Shown here: piece after piece, positions 9,179-17,803 of the stretch | Layout of the letters: every line of letters begins with the position of its first letter | Position numbering within the stretch: position 1 is the first letter of the stretch | Origin: a virus | Lineage: Duplodnaviria > Caudoviricetes | Virus record (IMG/VR): IMGVR_UViG_3300031951_000008 | Reading direction: 5' to 3' (one strand) | Length of the DNA stretch: 64,000 nucleotides | The notes under the pieces: model-generated | Databases searched by the model: none | What the model saw: only the letters and a program-made list of their open reading frames with translations | What the model was told of the DNA's origin: nothing | Made by a program: the position numbers and the translations under genes

Positions 9179-9645
9179 ATTTGACAAGCATCTTAACGGA
9201 TGTCATTTTGATTACTATGGCGGCCTTAGCTGTAGAGGCTGCAACGGAGTTATTAATAGATTCGAAGATTTTAGCTTTCATACCGAGAGCCGTAAAGTCC
9301 TGGGCTTATAGGCCCCATGATAGATTAACTTCTTTTGTTCGTTTAAAGTACTGGCTAGCAGAATTAATAGGCTGCGGTTATTGTACAAGCGTATGGATAG
9401 CATTACCAGCTGCAATATATCTAACAGATATGATATCTATCAAGCTACCATATTCGATTAAGATACTATTCCTCTTATTAGTCATACATCGACTTTCGAA
9501 TCGAATTCATGAAGCTTTAGAATTAGTCAAGAGAGGCAGAATACTGACTGTTGACGCTGCCGTTAGGCTAGTAGATCCACAAGAAAATGATAACAGTGCC
9601 ACTGTAGAGACACACGAAGCGGCGGGGGAGGCTCAAGGTGAGTGA
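9175..9645 (+). CDS. DUF1360-like membrane protein
   Basis: Two or three hydrophobic segments and LAELIGCGYCTSVWIA (CxxCxSVW). Confidence 0.6.
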   Translation: MNLTSILTDVILITMAALAVEAATELLIDSKILAFIPRAVKSWAYRPHDRLTSFVRLKYWLAELIGCGYCTSVWIALPAAIYLTDMISIKLPYSIKILFLLLVIHRLSNRIHEALELVKRGRILTVDAAVRLVDPQENDNSATVETHEAAGEAQGE

Positions 9646-10102
9646 AAGATTGGATCAAGCATTAGAGAGAGAGCGTAGAAGGGTAGACCCTTCATCGATT
9701 AAGCCAGTGCAAGTTAGGAACTTGGACGATATAAGGAGAGTGCTGGCTGAATTCGAGCCTAAACAATCAGAAGCTCCGAGCGTCATGGTTAACGCTAACG
9801 TTGACGGTCTTGATTGCAATATAATGACTAAGTCAAAATCGAAGAGAGAGCAAGTTCTCGAAGGAATGAGCGTCGTTAGATCGCAGATGAAGGTAATAAC
9901 GGCAGAGTCCACACCGCCGACAATTGATGGGAAAGAGGGGCGAAGACTGACGATTGGCGGTAATGGGCTTGGGTATCATTGGGTAGATCCGATCATCAAA
10001 GCATGGCTGGGAGCAGAAAGAAGAGGCCTTGATATAGTATGGACACTACAAGGCGTAGAGTACGTGTATGATATATTCGCACATAGTTTAAAGAGAAAAT
10101 AG
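9638..10102 (+). CDS. hypothetical protein
   Basis: 154 aa ORF in a tightly packed run. Confidence 0.65.
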   Translation: MSERLDQALERERRRVDPSSIKPVQVRNLDDIRRVLAEFEPKQSEAPSVMVNANVDGLDCNIMTKSKSKREQVLEGMSVVRSQMKVITAESTPPTIDGKEGRRLTIGGNGLGYHWVDPIIKAWLGAERRGLDIVWTLQGVEYVYDIFAHSLKRK

Positions 10103-10103
10103 T

Positions 10104-10427
10104 ATGCCAAAGCCGTTGTCATCGCAGGATATCCCATTAGCAAATTTCACTAGCTTATTGGATTATAAGCCCAGGGTAGGAGATGTAGTATACCTAAGCG
10201 GATGGTTTTCGAATCAAGTTGGCATAGTCAGTGGATACGATGCAAAGACAGATAACTTGAGCATTATTTATTCAACAGTGCCTTTGGTCTTATTAACATT
10301 TAACCAGCAAGAGCAAAGTAAGCGTACAGAAACGCGGCAATTAGGAGATATCAAAAATGCGGCTAAAGGGAAATACGCTTTCTACCAGCACAACCCAGAA
10401 CTCAACACCACAGTGTGGTACGTCTAG
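10104..10427 (+). CDS. hypothetical protein
   Basis: 107 aa ORF in a tightly packed run. Confidence 0.65.
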   Translation: MPKPLSSQDIPLANFTSLLDYKPRVGDVVYLSGWFSNQVGIVSGYDAKTDNLSIIYSTVPLVLLTFNQQEQSKRTETRQLGDIKNAAKGKYAFYQHNPELNTTVWYV

Positions 10428-11004
10428 CATAGCCAAGGTCCCAAAGCTACTACCATACCCAAAGCCATTGCTATTTGAAAGTGAAGGGCAGCTAGTAAAA
10501 AACCTGCTGTGTTATGTTATAGAGCATTATGATTATGACGGTATTTCTTTATTAGTATACCGAATACCTAATGATAATGATATTTATGTGGTATGTGGCG
10601 ATTGGAATGGTAACGCTGTTGATTTGACGGCTCAGACCGAACAAGCTTCTCTAGCCAACCTTTTAATAGAGCAGAAGCTCGTAGATATACTTTCTATAAT
10701 GAGGTACGCCAAGGTAGACCAAGCGCAATATTTCTTCAATTGCGTAGAGAACAAATTTGTATTAGTAGATATGCAGGTAGCTTTGAACAAATTTGCAGGC
10801 CCCGGCATGCTACGAGATGTCTTTGGCCGAACTTTTGACATACCAAAAATTAAGCATATTGGCGTGATTGACGATGCCACATTCGATGCCGTCACACATG
10901 GGTCAGGTACTTATTCTGGAGATGTAATCATAAAGCCATCAAAGTTTAGATTGCATGAAACAGAATCAGGTTACGTGCCACTGTATGTGGAGTTAAAGAG
11001 ATAG
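10357..11004 (+). CDS. hypothetical protein
   Basis: 215 aa ORF; start uncertain; stop overlaps next GTG. Confidence 0.65.
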   Translation: MRLKGNTLSTSTTQNSTPQCGTSSIAKVPKLLPYPKPLLFESEGQLVKNLLCYVIEHYDYDGISLLVYRIPNDNDIYVVCGDWNGNAVDLTAQTEQASLANLLIEQKLVDILSIMRYAKVDQAQYFFNCVENKFVLVDMQVALNKFAGPGMLRDVFGRTFDIPKIKHIGVIDDATFDAVTHGSGTYSGDVIIKPSKFRLHETESGYVPLYVELKR

Positions 11005-12914
11005 TGCCTTGGTTTGTAAATCACAACGGTTATCCTGTTTATCTGCCAGGTCCAGATGGTAAAACTGTGCCATTGCAGCCTAGAGAGAGGAAATTATTAC
11101 ATAAATTTTTTGAGAAATATATAAAATTAGGATTGATTAAAGCCGTTGAAGAAACAGTTGATAAAAATAAACACATATCACCCAGGGCTAATATTAGACT
11201 AGCTAAACCTAAGCAAGAGGTAAAACCGCCTGTCCCAATAAAACCGCAAGATATAAAAAAGTTACACAGGCAGATAGCTAAGAAGCATACAACTGTAACA
11301 TCGATAAACAAATCCTTGCCAGCGAAGCAGGTGGTGGCAGCGGGCGAAAGGAAAAGGCTCGGAAGGCCAATTAATGAAGATGGCATGAGAATTTACAATG
11401 AGTATACAAGAGACTATTATTATCCAATTAGTAATAATATAGGAGTTGGCATATTATCATATAATAGGAGAGCTTGTCTAGAAAGATTAGTAAAGTCTAT
11501 AATCAACCATACAGACCTGAGTAGGACGACAGTCTTTATTTCTGATGACTGCAGTGATAAAGAAGAGGTACAAGATTATTTGCATGAGTTGTCATTAACT
11601 GGCAATTTTGTAGTGCTACGAAACGAGAGTCGGCTAGGGATAGCTGGCAATACTAATAGACTATTACGCTGCTTAAGCCGTTTTAAATATGGTTTATTGT
11701 TAAATGATGATGTTGAGGTGCAATCACAAGGCTGGGAATACTTCTACCCAAAAGTGATGGAAGCTACTAAGCTTGAGCACTTGATACACAGGCAGGAAGG
11801 TGTGTATGGTGCAGAAAAAGGCGAAAAAGCAAAGATTAACAATGTAGCATTATACCAGGTGGACAGTAAGCCACAGGGAGCTATTCTTGCTTTTACGCAG
11901 AGAATGTTAAAAACTGTTGGATATTTTGACGAGTCATTTGGCCTTTACGGCATGGAGCATGTAGACTGGTCTTACAGAGCTTCCGAATTCGGCATCCAGC
12001 CGAGAGGATTCTTTGACGCTGAGGGTTCGGATAAGTACTTTTACTTATATCCTGAGAAGTCTGCTGTCGAAGATAGAACCGCTCTATTGAAGCAAGCTCG
12101 CGAGAAATTTAACACTAGGCAGACAAAGAGGTATGTTGAAGCAAGCATCCAATCGGCTGTACCAAGTATTAGCTATGTAGTTCCATTTAGGAATACAGAT
12201 CGAACAAAGGCTATCGAAACCGTTGTGTCTAATATTCGTGGTCAAAGGTTTCCTTTTATAGATATTATATTATCGGAGCATGATATAGAAACGCGTGTAG
12301 ATCTAATAGATCTGTTGCCTGTTACCTATATTAGATGTAAATGCTCATCGACAGACCTGTTTAACAAGTCTCTAGCATTTAACCAGGGAGCTACCAAGGT
12401 GAATACAGAGTCTTTGATAATGCATGACGCAGATATATTGTTAAGAGCAGATTATACGTCTACCATCTATAATTTATTAAAGATTTATGATGCTTGCCAT
12501 ATAGGCAAGACTGTCATCTATGCAGATGAAGCTTCTACTTCTGCAGTTATTAACAAGAGGAAAGTATCTAGTGGTGATCTAGCAATAAATAGAGTTGTGG
12601 GCTATTATGAGGGTGGCTCACTGGCTTGCAAGTTAAAAACATATTGGGGCGTTGGCGGCTTTAATGAGGATTTTAAAGGATATGGCTGCGAAGATTGTGA
12701 CTTCTTCAGTAGATTGGCGAGTGTTGATAAATGGATGAACACGAGGACTGAGCACTTGCTTCATTTGCATCATGGTAGAGTTCCGGGCTGGGACAGCCAT
12801 CATCAGAATAATAAAGCTATCGAAGCTGTATTAAGTCAAAAACCGATGATGCATAGAATCAGCTTGCAGATAGACCAATTAAAGCGTCTAGGCTATGGGA
12901 ATTATTTAAAATGA
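11004..12914 (+). CDS. bifunctional glycosyltransferase with two GT-A (GT2/GT7-like) domains and an N-terminal extension
   Basis: Domain 1: IGVGILSYNR, FISDDCS, LLLNDD, GYFDESFGLYGMEHVDW. Domain 2: ISYVVPFR, FNKSLAFNQG, MHDAD, GGFNEDFKGYGCEDCDF. Confidence 0.88.
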   Translation: MPWFVNHNGYPVYLPGPDGKTVPLQPRERKLLHKFFEKYIKLGLIKAVEETVDKNKHISPRANIRLAKPKQEVKPPVPIKPQDIKKLHRQIAKKHTTVTSINKSLPAKQVVAAGERKRLGRPINEDGMRIYNEYTRDYYYPISNNIGVGILSYNRRACLERLVKSIINHTDLSRTTVFISDDCSDKEEVQDYLHELSLTGNFVVLRNESRLGIAGNTNRLLRCLSRFKYGLLLNDDVEVQSQGWEYFYPKVMEATKLEHLIHRQEGVYGAEKGEKAKINNVALYQVDSKPQGAILAFTQRMLKTVGYFDESFGLYGMEHVDWSYRASEFGIQPRGFFDAEGSDKYFYLYPEKSAVEDRTALLKQAREKFNTRQTKRYVEASIQSAVPSISYVVPFRNTDRTKAIETVVSNIRGQRFPFIDIILSEHDIETRVDLIDLLPVTYIRCKCSSTDLFNKSLAFNQGATKVNTESLIMHDADILLRADYTSTIYNLLKIYDACHIGKTVIYADEASTSAVINKRKVSSGDLAINRVVGYYEGGSLACKLKTYWGVGGFNEDFKGYGCEDCDFFSRLASVDKWMNTRTEHLLHLHHGRVPGWDSHHQNNKAIEAVLSQKPMMHRISLQIDQLKRLGYGNYLK

Positions 12915-13879
12915 ATATTTTAGTGGTACATCGTGTTGGAGCGGCTTTCGGATACATCACAGATGGTTGGATAAATGCCCTAAGAGACAAAGGGCATAAT
13001 GTTCGACGCTGGGACGGCTTAGAACAAAGCTGGTATGATTTTAAACCAGATTTATATATCGGGTGCTCAGGACATAAACAACCGATACCATCTAAGAGAA
13101 ACACCAAAGTAGCAATCCATGTTAATCCCTACGGACCAGTAAATGTGATAGCTAATGATGGTAGGATTAATGAATCAGACGCTGCTATCAGATGGACGGT
13201 AAATCAGAAGCCAGATGTGGTATTTGGGTATGGAGATGATGAGGATAAGCTGTTGTGGTCCTATTGGGAATCGAAGCATGGTATTCGTTGGGTTCCGATG
13301 CCTGTGGCAGGAGATAAGACACAGTATCGTACACGGAGTGATCAGCCGAAGTATGATATAGTTTATCTAGGAGGTAGGTGGGCATATAAAGGATTAACCA
13401 TTGATGAATACCTATTACCGCTGTTCAAAAAATGCCCAGAAGAAGGTGTCACTTATAAAATATTCGGTTGGGGAGATTGGCCACCTGATTTAGGAGTGAA
13501 GGTGCTGGCAGAAGATCAATCTGCCAGTTTTTTAGCAAGTGGGAAGATAGGACCTTGTATTTCCGAGAAGCATACACATGACTTTGGCATAGACATACCT
13601 GAGAGAGCTTTTAAGTTAGCACTATGCGGCGTGCTAGTAGTACATGACACTGTCCCAGCTATCAGGCGGTATATTCCTCATGCGTTAATTGGCCAGGGAG
13701 CCGAGCACTTTCAGAAGCTATGCCTTTCGTACGCTAGGCCGGAAGCAGATAGCGAGAGAAAAGAAATTGCTTCAAAGCAAAGAGATTTCGTATTAAAGCA
13801 CCATACATACCACAATAGGATGGCAACTTTATTAAGCTCTATGGGTTTTAAGAGCGAAGCGGAATCAATGCTCAAATAA
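12911..13879 (+). CDS. GT-B glycosyltransferase (CgeB / Glyco_trans_1_2-like)
   Basis: YDIVYLGG, ERAFKLALCG, VLKHHTYHNR C-terminal pattern. Confidence 0.75.
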   Translation: MNILVVHRVGAAFGYITDGWINALRDKGHNVRRWDGLEQSWYDFKPDLYIGCSGHKQPIPSKRNTKVAIHVNPYGPVNVIANDGRINESDAAIRWTVNQKPDVVFGYGDDEDKLLWSYWESKHGIRWVPMPVAGDKTQYRTRSDQPKYDIVYLGGRWAYKGLTIDEYLLPLFKKCPEEGVTYKIFGWGDWPPDLGVKVLAEDQSASFLASGKIGPCISEKHTHDFGIDIPERAFKLALCGVLVVHDTVPAIRRYIPHALIGQGAEHFQKLCLSYARPEADSERKEIASKQRDFVLKHHTYHNRMATLLSSMGFKSEAESMLK

Positions 13880-13880
13880 T

Positions 13881-14537
13881 ATGGCATTAGCGACAGACAA
13901 GTTATTGTTTTTGCATATTCCAAAGACCGCTGGTGTATGGATAAGGCAAGCCTTTAAGGCTTTGAATATGCCTCATTACGAAATTGGACATTGGCATTCT
14001 CACTTTCCATATAATAGCACTACAACTAGGTTATACGAATACAAGCCTATAGAATTCTATAAAGATAAATTCATGTTTACTTTTGTAAGGCATCCACTTT
14101 CTTGGTATCAATCAAGATGGGCTTTTAGGATGAAACAAGGATGGAGGGCGAGTCATCATCCCTTGGATTTTCACTGTGCATCTAATGATTTTTGTAGATT
14201 CGTAGAAAATGCTTTAGCATATAGACCGTCAGGCTGGGTGACTGAGGAGTATATGAATTTCATAGCCACGCCGCCAAAAAGATTGGATTTTATAGGGCGT
14301 ACTGAGAATCTAATAGACGATTTTATAATGGCCTTGAATCTCGCTGGCGAGCCTGTAGATGAAAAGATATTACGAAGCATGCCGAGAGTGAATGATTCAG
14401 ATATGGATGGCTATTCATCGAAGCATTGGGCGAGATATACAAGAGATTTAGCAGATCGCGTAATGAATATCGAGTCTGTAATAATCAATAGATTCTATAA
14501 TGATTATAATATTAAGTGGCCAGATTTTATAGACTAG
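13881..14537 (+). CDS. sulfotransferase family 2 protein
   Basis: 5'-PSB loop LFLHIPKTAG, 3'-PB FTFVRHPLSWYQS, and DFIGRTENL. Confidence 0.85.
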   Translation: MALATDKLLFLHIPKTAGVWIRQAFKALNMPHYEIGHWHSHFPYNSTTTRLYEYKPIEFYKDKFMFTFVRHPLSWYQSRWAFRMKQGWRASHHPLDFHCASNDFCRFVENALAYRPSGWVTEEYMNFIATPPKRLDFIGRTENLIDDFIMALNLAGEPVDEKILRSMPRVNDSDMDGYSSKHWARYTRDLADRVMNIESVIINRFYNDYNIKWPDFID

Positions 14538-15250
14538 TCCCAGTATCCAGCGACATTTTGCTTCATGGCGATTTGCTTCCATCTTTTATATCCAGCATCT
14601 TCTTGCGTCCGCATATGCTGGACATTTACATTGCTGACGATACCTATAAACTTATTATGAATACGGGCTTTGTTGCACAAAACTCCATCTTCATTGCCAT
14701 ATAATTGGTTAGTCGGATATCCTCCGACTGAATCAAAGAACTGTTTATTGATTAAGAATAATGGCCCAGCGGTGTAACGGTTGTAATATATTTCATCGCG
14801 GAAATGAGTAAGCTTATTGCATTGATGCATAATAAATCTATTAGACCGTAGCTGTCTGTCAAAGCAATCGCCGGGCGTATCGATAATTGTTGGTGCCAGC
14901 ATCGCATAATCGAAGGATAACTTATTGGCGGAGCTAATAAGCCTTGATAGCCAGTTATGAGAGACTTTGATATCGCCGTCTATCGACACAAAGTGATTAG
15001 TACTAATGTGTTTCATAATATGCTGATAATGCAACATAAACGCACCGCCTTTGCCTAGATTACTGCTATTCTTATATATTGATATGCAAGGGTTTACAAC
15101 ATAAGAGTCGAGTAGTGAGTTGATAGCACCGCAAGAATTGTCGATAATATGCAGATGAAAGTCAGACGTATGAGCAAGAATAGAATTTATTGATTCTTGA
15201 AGGTCGAGGGGACGGTGGTAGGATACAAGCAATATGTGCGTAGTGTTCAC
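14534..15250 (-). CDS. glycosyltransferase family 2
   Basis: ILLVSYHR, IIDNS, VSIDGD, VGGYPTNQLYGNEDG. Confidence 0.8.
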   Translation of the reverse strand: MNTTHILLVSYHRPLDLQESINSILAHTSDFHLHIIDNSCGAINSLLDSYVVNPCISIYKNSSNLGKGGAFMLHYQHIMKHISTNHFVSIDGDIKVSHNWLSRLISSANKLSFDYAMLAPTIIDTPGDCFDRQLRSNRFIMHQCNKLTHFRDEIYYNRYTAGPLFLINKQFFDSVGGYPTNQLYGNEDGVLCNKARIHNKFIGIVSNVNVQHMRTQEDAGYKRWKQIAMKQNVAGYWD

Positions 15251-15263
15251 GTGTAACTAATGT

Positions 15264-16094
15264 ATGCCGAAATATTCTTTTATTACTTGTGTCTCTAGGC
15301 CGGATGTCTACGATCGATGTACTTTATCTTCAATTAAGAATATAAGAAAGAACCATGAAATAGAAGTCATCCCTATAATAAACAACGATAACCGGTATAC
15401 AGCCAGTATCGCCCTAAACATCGGTATTGATGTATCTAGATCTGAATACTTGATAATTGCTCATCAGGATATCGATTTCATAGGTGATGACTGGTTAATC
15501 AAGTTAGACAATATAATAGCTGCTCTAGACGATGACTGGGCCATTATTGGCAGTGCAGGCATAGCTTTACAGTATGGTGAGGATGATATAGGTAAATGGG
15601 GTGGAGCTTTAAATACGGATACAGTAGCGGTTGGATCAGTTTATGATGGGATTGGGTCAGATCCATATTGGAACGGCTTGAAGCCTACACAACTTGTCCA
15701 TTGCATAGACGAGTGTGTATTCGTGCTGAAAAAATCGACATACCTAAGGTTCGACACTATGCTAAATGGGTTTCACTTTTACGGTGTTGATATTTGCTTA
15801 CAAGCCAGGGCAGCTGGCTATGGTGTTTATGGAGCTGACTTACCGATAACTCACTTTGGGAAATATTCTGCAAGCTTTAGCACCGACACAAACTACTGGA
15901 AGTTTTTTAGATTTGTGCACGAGAAGTGGCATCGTAGGTTTCCAGTATTATATGGGACTCACATGCATTGGAATTCAGATGGATTGGTCAGCTATATTCC
16001 AGTTGCAATGGAAGATGACTTTGGCCATAGAATTGATCTAAAATCTGTCGGCATATCTAAGCTAAAGATTAAAAGAGGTGACAGAGATGCTTAA
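15264..16094 (+). CDS. glycosyltransferase-like protein (Glyco_tranf_2_5-like)
   Basis: YSFITCVS, IIAHQDI, FDTMLNGFHFYGVDICLQAR. Confidence 0.8.
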   Translation: MPKYSFITCVSRPDVYDRCTLSSIKNIRKNHEIEVIPIINNDNRYTASIALNIGIDVSRSEYLIIAHQDIDFIGDDWLIKLDNIIAALDDDWAIIGSAGIALQYGEDDIGKWGGALNTDTVAVGSVYDGIGSDPYWNGLKPTQLVHCIDECVFVLKKSTYLRFDTMLNGFHFYGVDICLQARAAGYGVYGADLPITHFGKYSASFSTDTNYWKFFRFVHEKWHRRFPVLYGTHMHWNSDGLVSYIPVAMEDDFGHRIDLKSVGISKLKIKRGDRDA

Positions 16095-16917
16095 GACACG
16101 GGCTTTCGTATTGTGTCATCCACAATCGAAAGATATAGTAAAGAAATCAGCTTTTAATAGTAGCAAGGTAGAGATTACCAGAATAGCCTGTGGTACAACA
16201 AAGCCTAAGAATGTAGACTTGTATGAATCCGGAGATTTTTCGCCTACATATGCCTCTTTGAATTCCAGTCTATTTGAATCATCTGTCATATTGACAATTT
16301 GGGAGCATGCAGATAGCCTGATAGGGCAAGACAATGTTGCCATACTGCACACCGACATTTATCCGCATTTTAAACCAAGTTTTACTTGGAACAAGATATC
16401 AGAGACCCTTGCGGCAGATCCAAATGGGTCTGTAGGAGTAGCTGTTTCGAACGCTTTCGAATACACCTACAATGATTGGCTTATCCCAGAAAGCGTGGCG
16501 ACGCAGGCGATGACTCCCAAGCGAGATCCAATGATGCTTCACGATTTTGATGCTAATATTAATATTTGGAGTATCATAAGGAAATATGATGAAGATATTT
16601 ATGAGTATGCGATGGATGTTAATCCTTCTTTGATATATTCTCACCAGTTCGCATGTACGCGGGCAACATTTGATTATTTAGGCCAGAGGCTTTTAAATAT
16701 TGTGCGAGCTTTGAGGCTTTCAGATATCGGATTTTGGACACCGCATGTCTTAGAGAGAATGATAGCACTATATTTGTCGCAGAGAGGAAAGCCTTATCTG
16801 ACCACAGCTTTTTGGCACTATTATTCTTCTGGTAGTAAAGGGCCGGGAGACTTGAGTTTATACGGTCCAAGACCTTTCAAATATTATAATGTTGGATCTA
16901 GAATTATGCACAGCTGA
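16087..16917 (+). CDS. putative glycan-biosynthesis protein (DUF4422-like)
   Basis: AILHTD, HQFACTRATFDY, HVLERMIALYL; lies in the GT cluster; ATG at 16087 overlaps the previous stop. Confidence 0.45.
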   Translation: MLKTRAFVLCHPQSKDIVKKSAFNSSKVEITRIACGTTKPKNVDLYESGDFSPTYASLNSSLFESSVILTIWEHADSLIGQDNVAILHTDIYPHFKPSFTWNKISETLAADPNGSVGVAVSNAFEYTYNDWLIPESVATQAMTPKRDPMMLHDFDANINIWSIIRKYDEDIYEYAMDVNPSLIYSHQFACTRATFDYLGQRLLNIVRALRLSDIGFWTPHVLERMIALYLSQRGKPYLTTAFWHYYSSGSKGPGDLSLYGPRPFKYYNVGSRIMHS

Positions 16918-17209
16918 GCAATAGTGCTAGGAAAGCTGCTTGTAGAGACTCAAAATATTCTGGCTTTAGGTCTTCTATGCTCTGAATGCCTGGATTGATA
17001 TTAAGAGGGATAGTAATTGTGATTGTTTTGGTGACCCAATCTAGATAACAAGGATCTAATCTAACATCTTTGCCATATTCGCCTTCTATGATCTTATGGT
17101 CTTTGCGAGGAACCACGGCATAAACGAAAGCATTGAACTCTTGAATATTTGGAGGGATAGACGCTAGAAATTGAGACGTGACCCTTTTTGTGACAACTAT
17201 CTTGTTCAT
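16904..17209 (-). CDS. hypothetical protein
   Basis: 101 aa ORF filling an otherwise empty gap. Confidence 0.6.
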   Translation of the reverse strand: MNKIVVTKRVTSQFLASIPPNIQEFNAFVYAVVPRKDHKIIEGEYGKDVRLDPCYLDWVTKTITITIPLNINPGIQSIEDLKPEYFESLQAAFLALLLSCA

Positions 17210-17237
17210 ATGAGTATATACAGCACAAGGAGATACA

Positions 17238-17582
17238 ATGGAAGCTAATTCAGAGCAAGCACAGCAAGCCGCACGATCAGCAATAGAACTGAGTAAGCAG
17301 ATTGAGGCATTAGCTATACTATTAGACCAGCAAAAATTATTGTTAAGGCAATATGCCGATGGTCAAAGCATGGAGGTTAAAGTCGAGGGCTTAGGTAAAG
17401 TGAGTGTATCTAAGCCACGATTAGGAGGAGCTAAGACCGGAACAAAGATAGAAATCAATTTAGATGTCCTTGAGAAAAATCAAGAGCTAAAAGCCAAGCT
17501 AATCGAGAGACAGTTACTTAAAGAAGTCGATGTATTTTCTAGCTCGGCAGCAGCTTCTGTCACAATCAAACCAAATGTGTAA
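17238..17582 (+). CDS. hypothetical protein
   Basis: 114 aa ORF with AAGGAG RBS. Confidence 0.75.
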   Translation: MEANSEQAQQAARSAIELSKQIEALAILLDQQKLLLRQYADGQSMEVKVEGLGKVSVSKPRLGGAKTGTKIEINLDVLEKNQELKAKLIERQLLKEVDVFSSSAAASVTIKPNV

Positions 17583-17602
17583 TATTCAAGCGTAATGGAA
17601 GT

Positions 17603-17726
17603 GTGTGCTCTCGATGGAGGGCATACCCGGTGTAGCTCAGCCCGAAAGGGGGCCAGTCGCAAGGCGGAGCCAGAGCGGATTCCTAACGGGAGTCAGGTCG
17701 CGGGTGCAAATCCCAGCCACCGGCCA
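17603..17726 (+). ncRNA. tRNA-like structured RNA with an expanded D-loop and a 5' leader hairpin
   Basis: Acceptor CCGGTG(17627-32)/CACCGG(17718-23) followed by CCA; TA-GCTC-AG...A-GAGC D-stem; GATTC/GAGTC anticodon-like stem; AGGTC variable loop; GCGGG-TGCAAAT-CCC(A)GC T-arm. Confidence 0.75.
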
Positions 17727-17803
17727 GGTTTTATTCTTTGTGGCTTGATCTTTGCCACACCGGTATAGAGTTAAAGAATTAAAGCCATCTAGGAAAATCA
17801 ATT

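Noticed and set aside
17627-17726. Calling the element an ordinary tRNA-Val(AAC)
   Set aside because: The 6-bp acceptor without discriminator, bulged T-stem, 31-nt D-loop insert and A34 anticodon make normal decoding unlikely; reported as a tRNA-like ncRNA instead.
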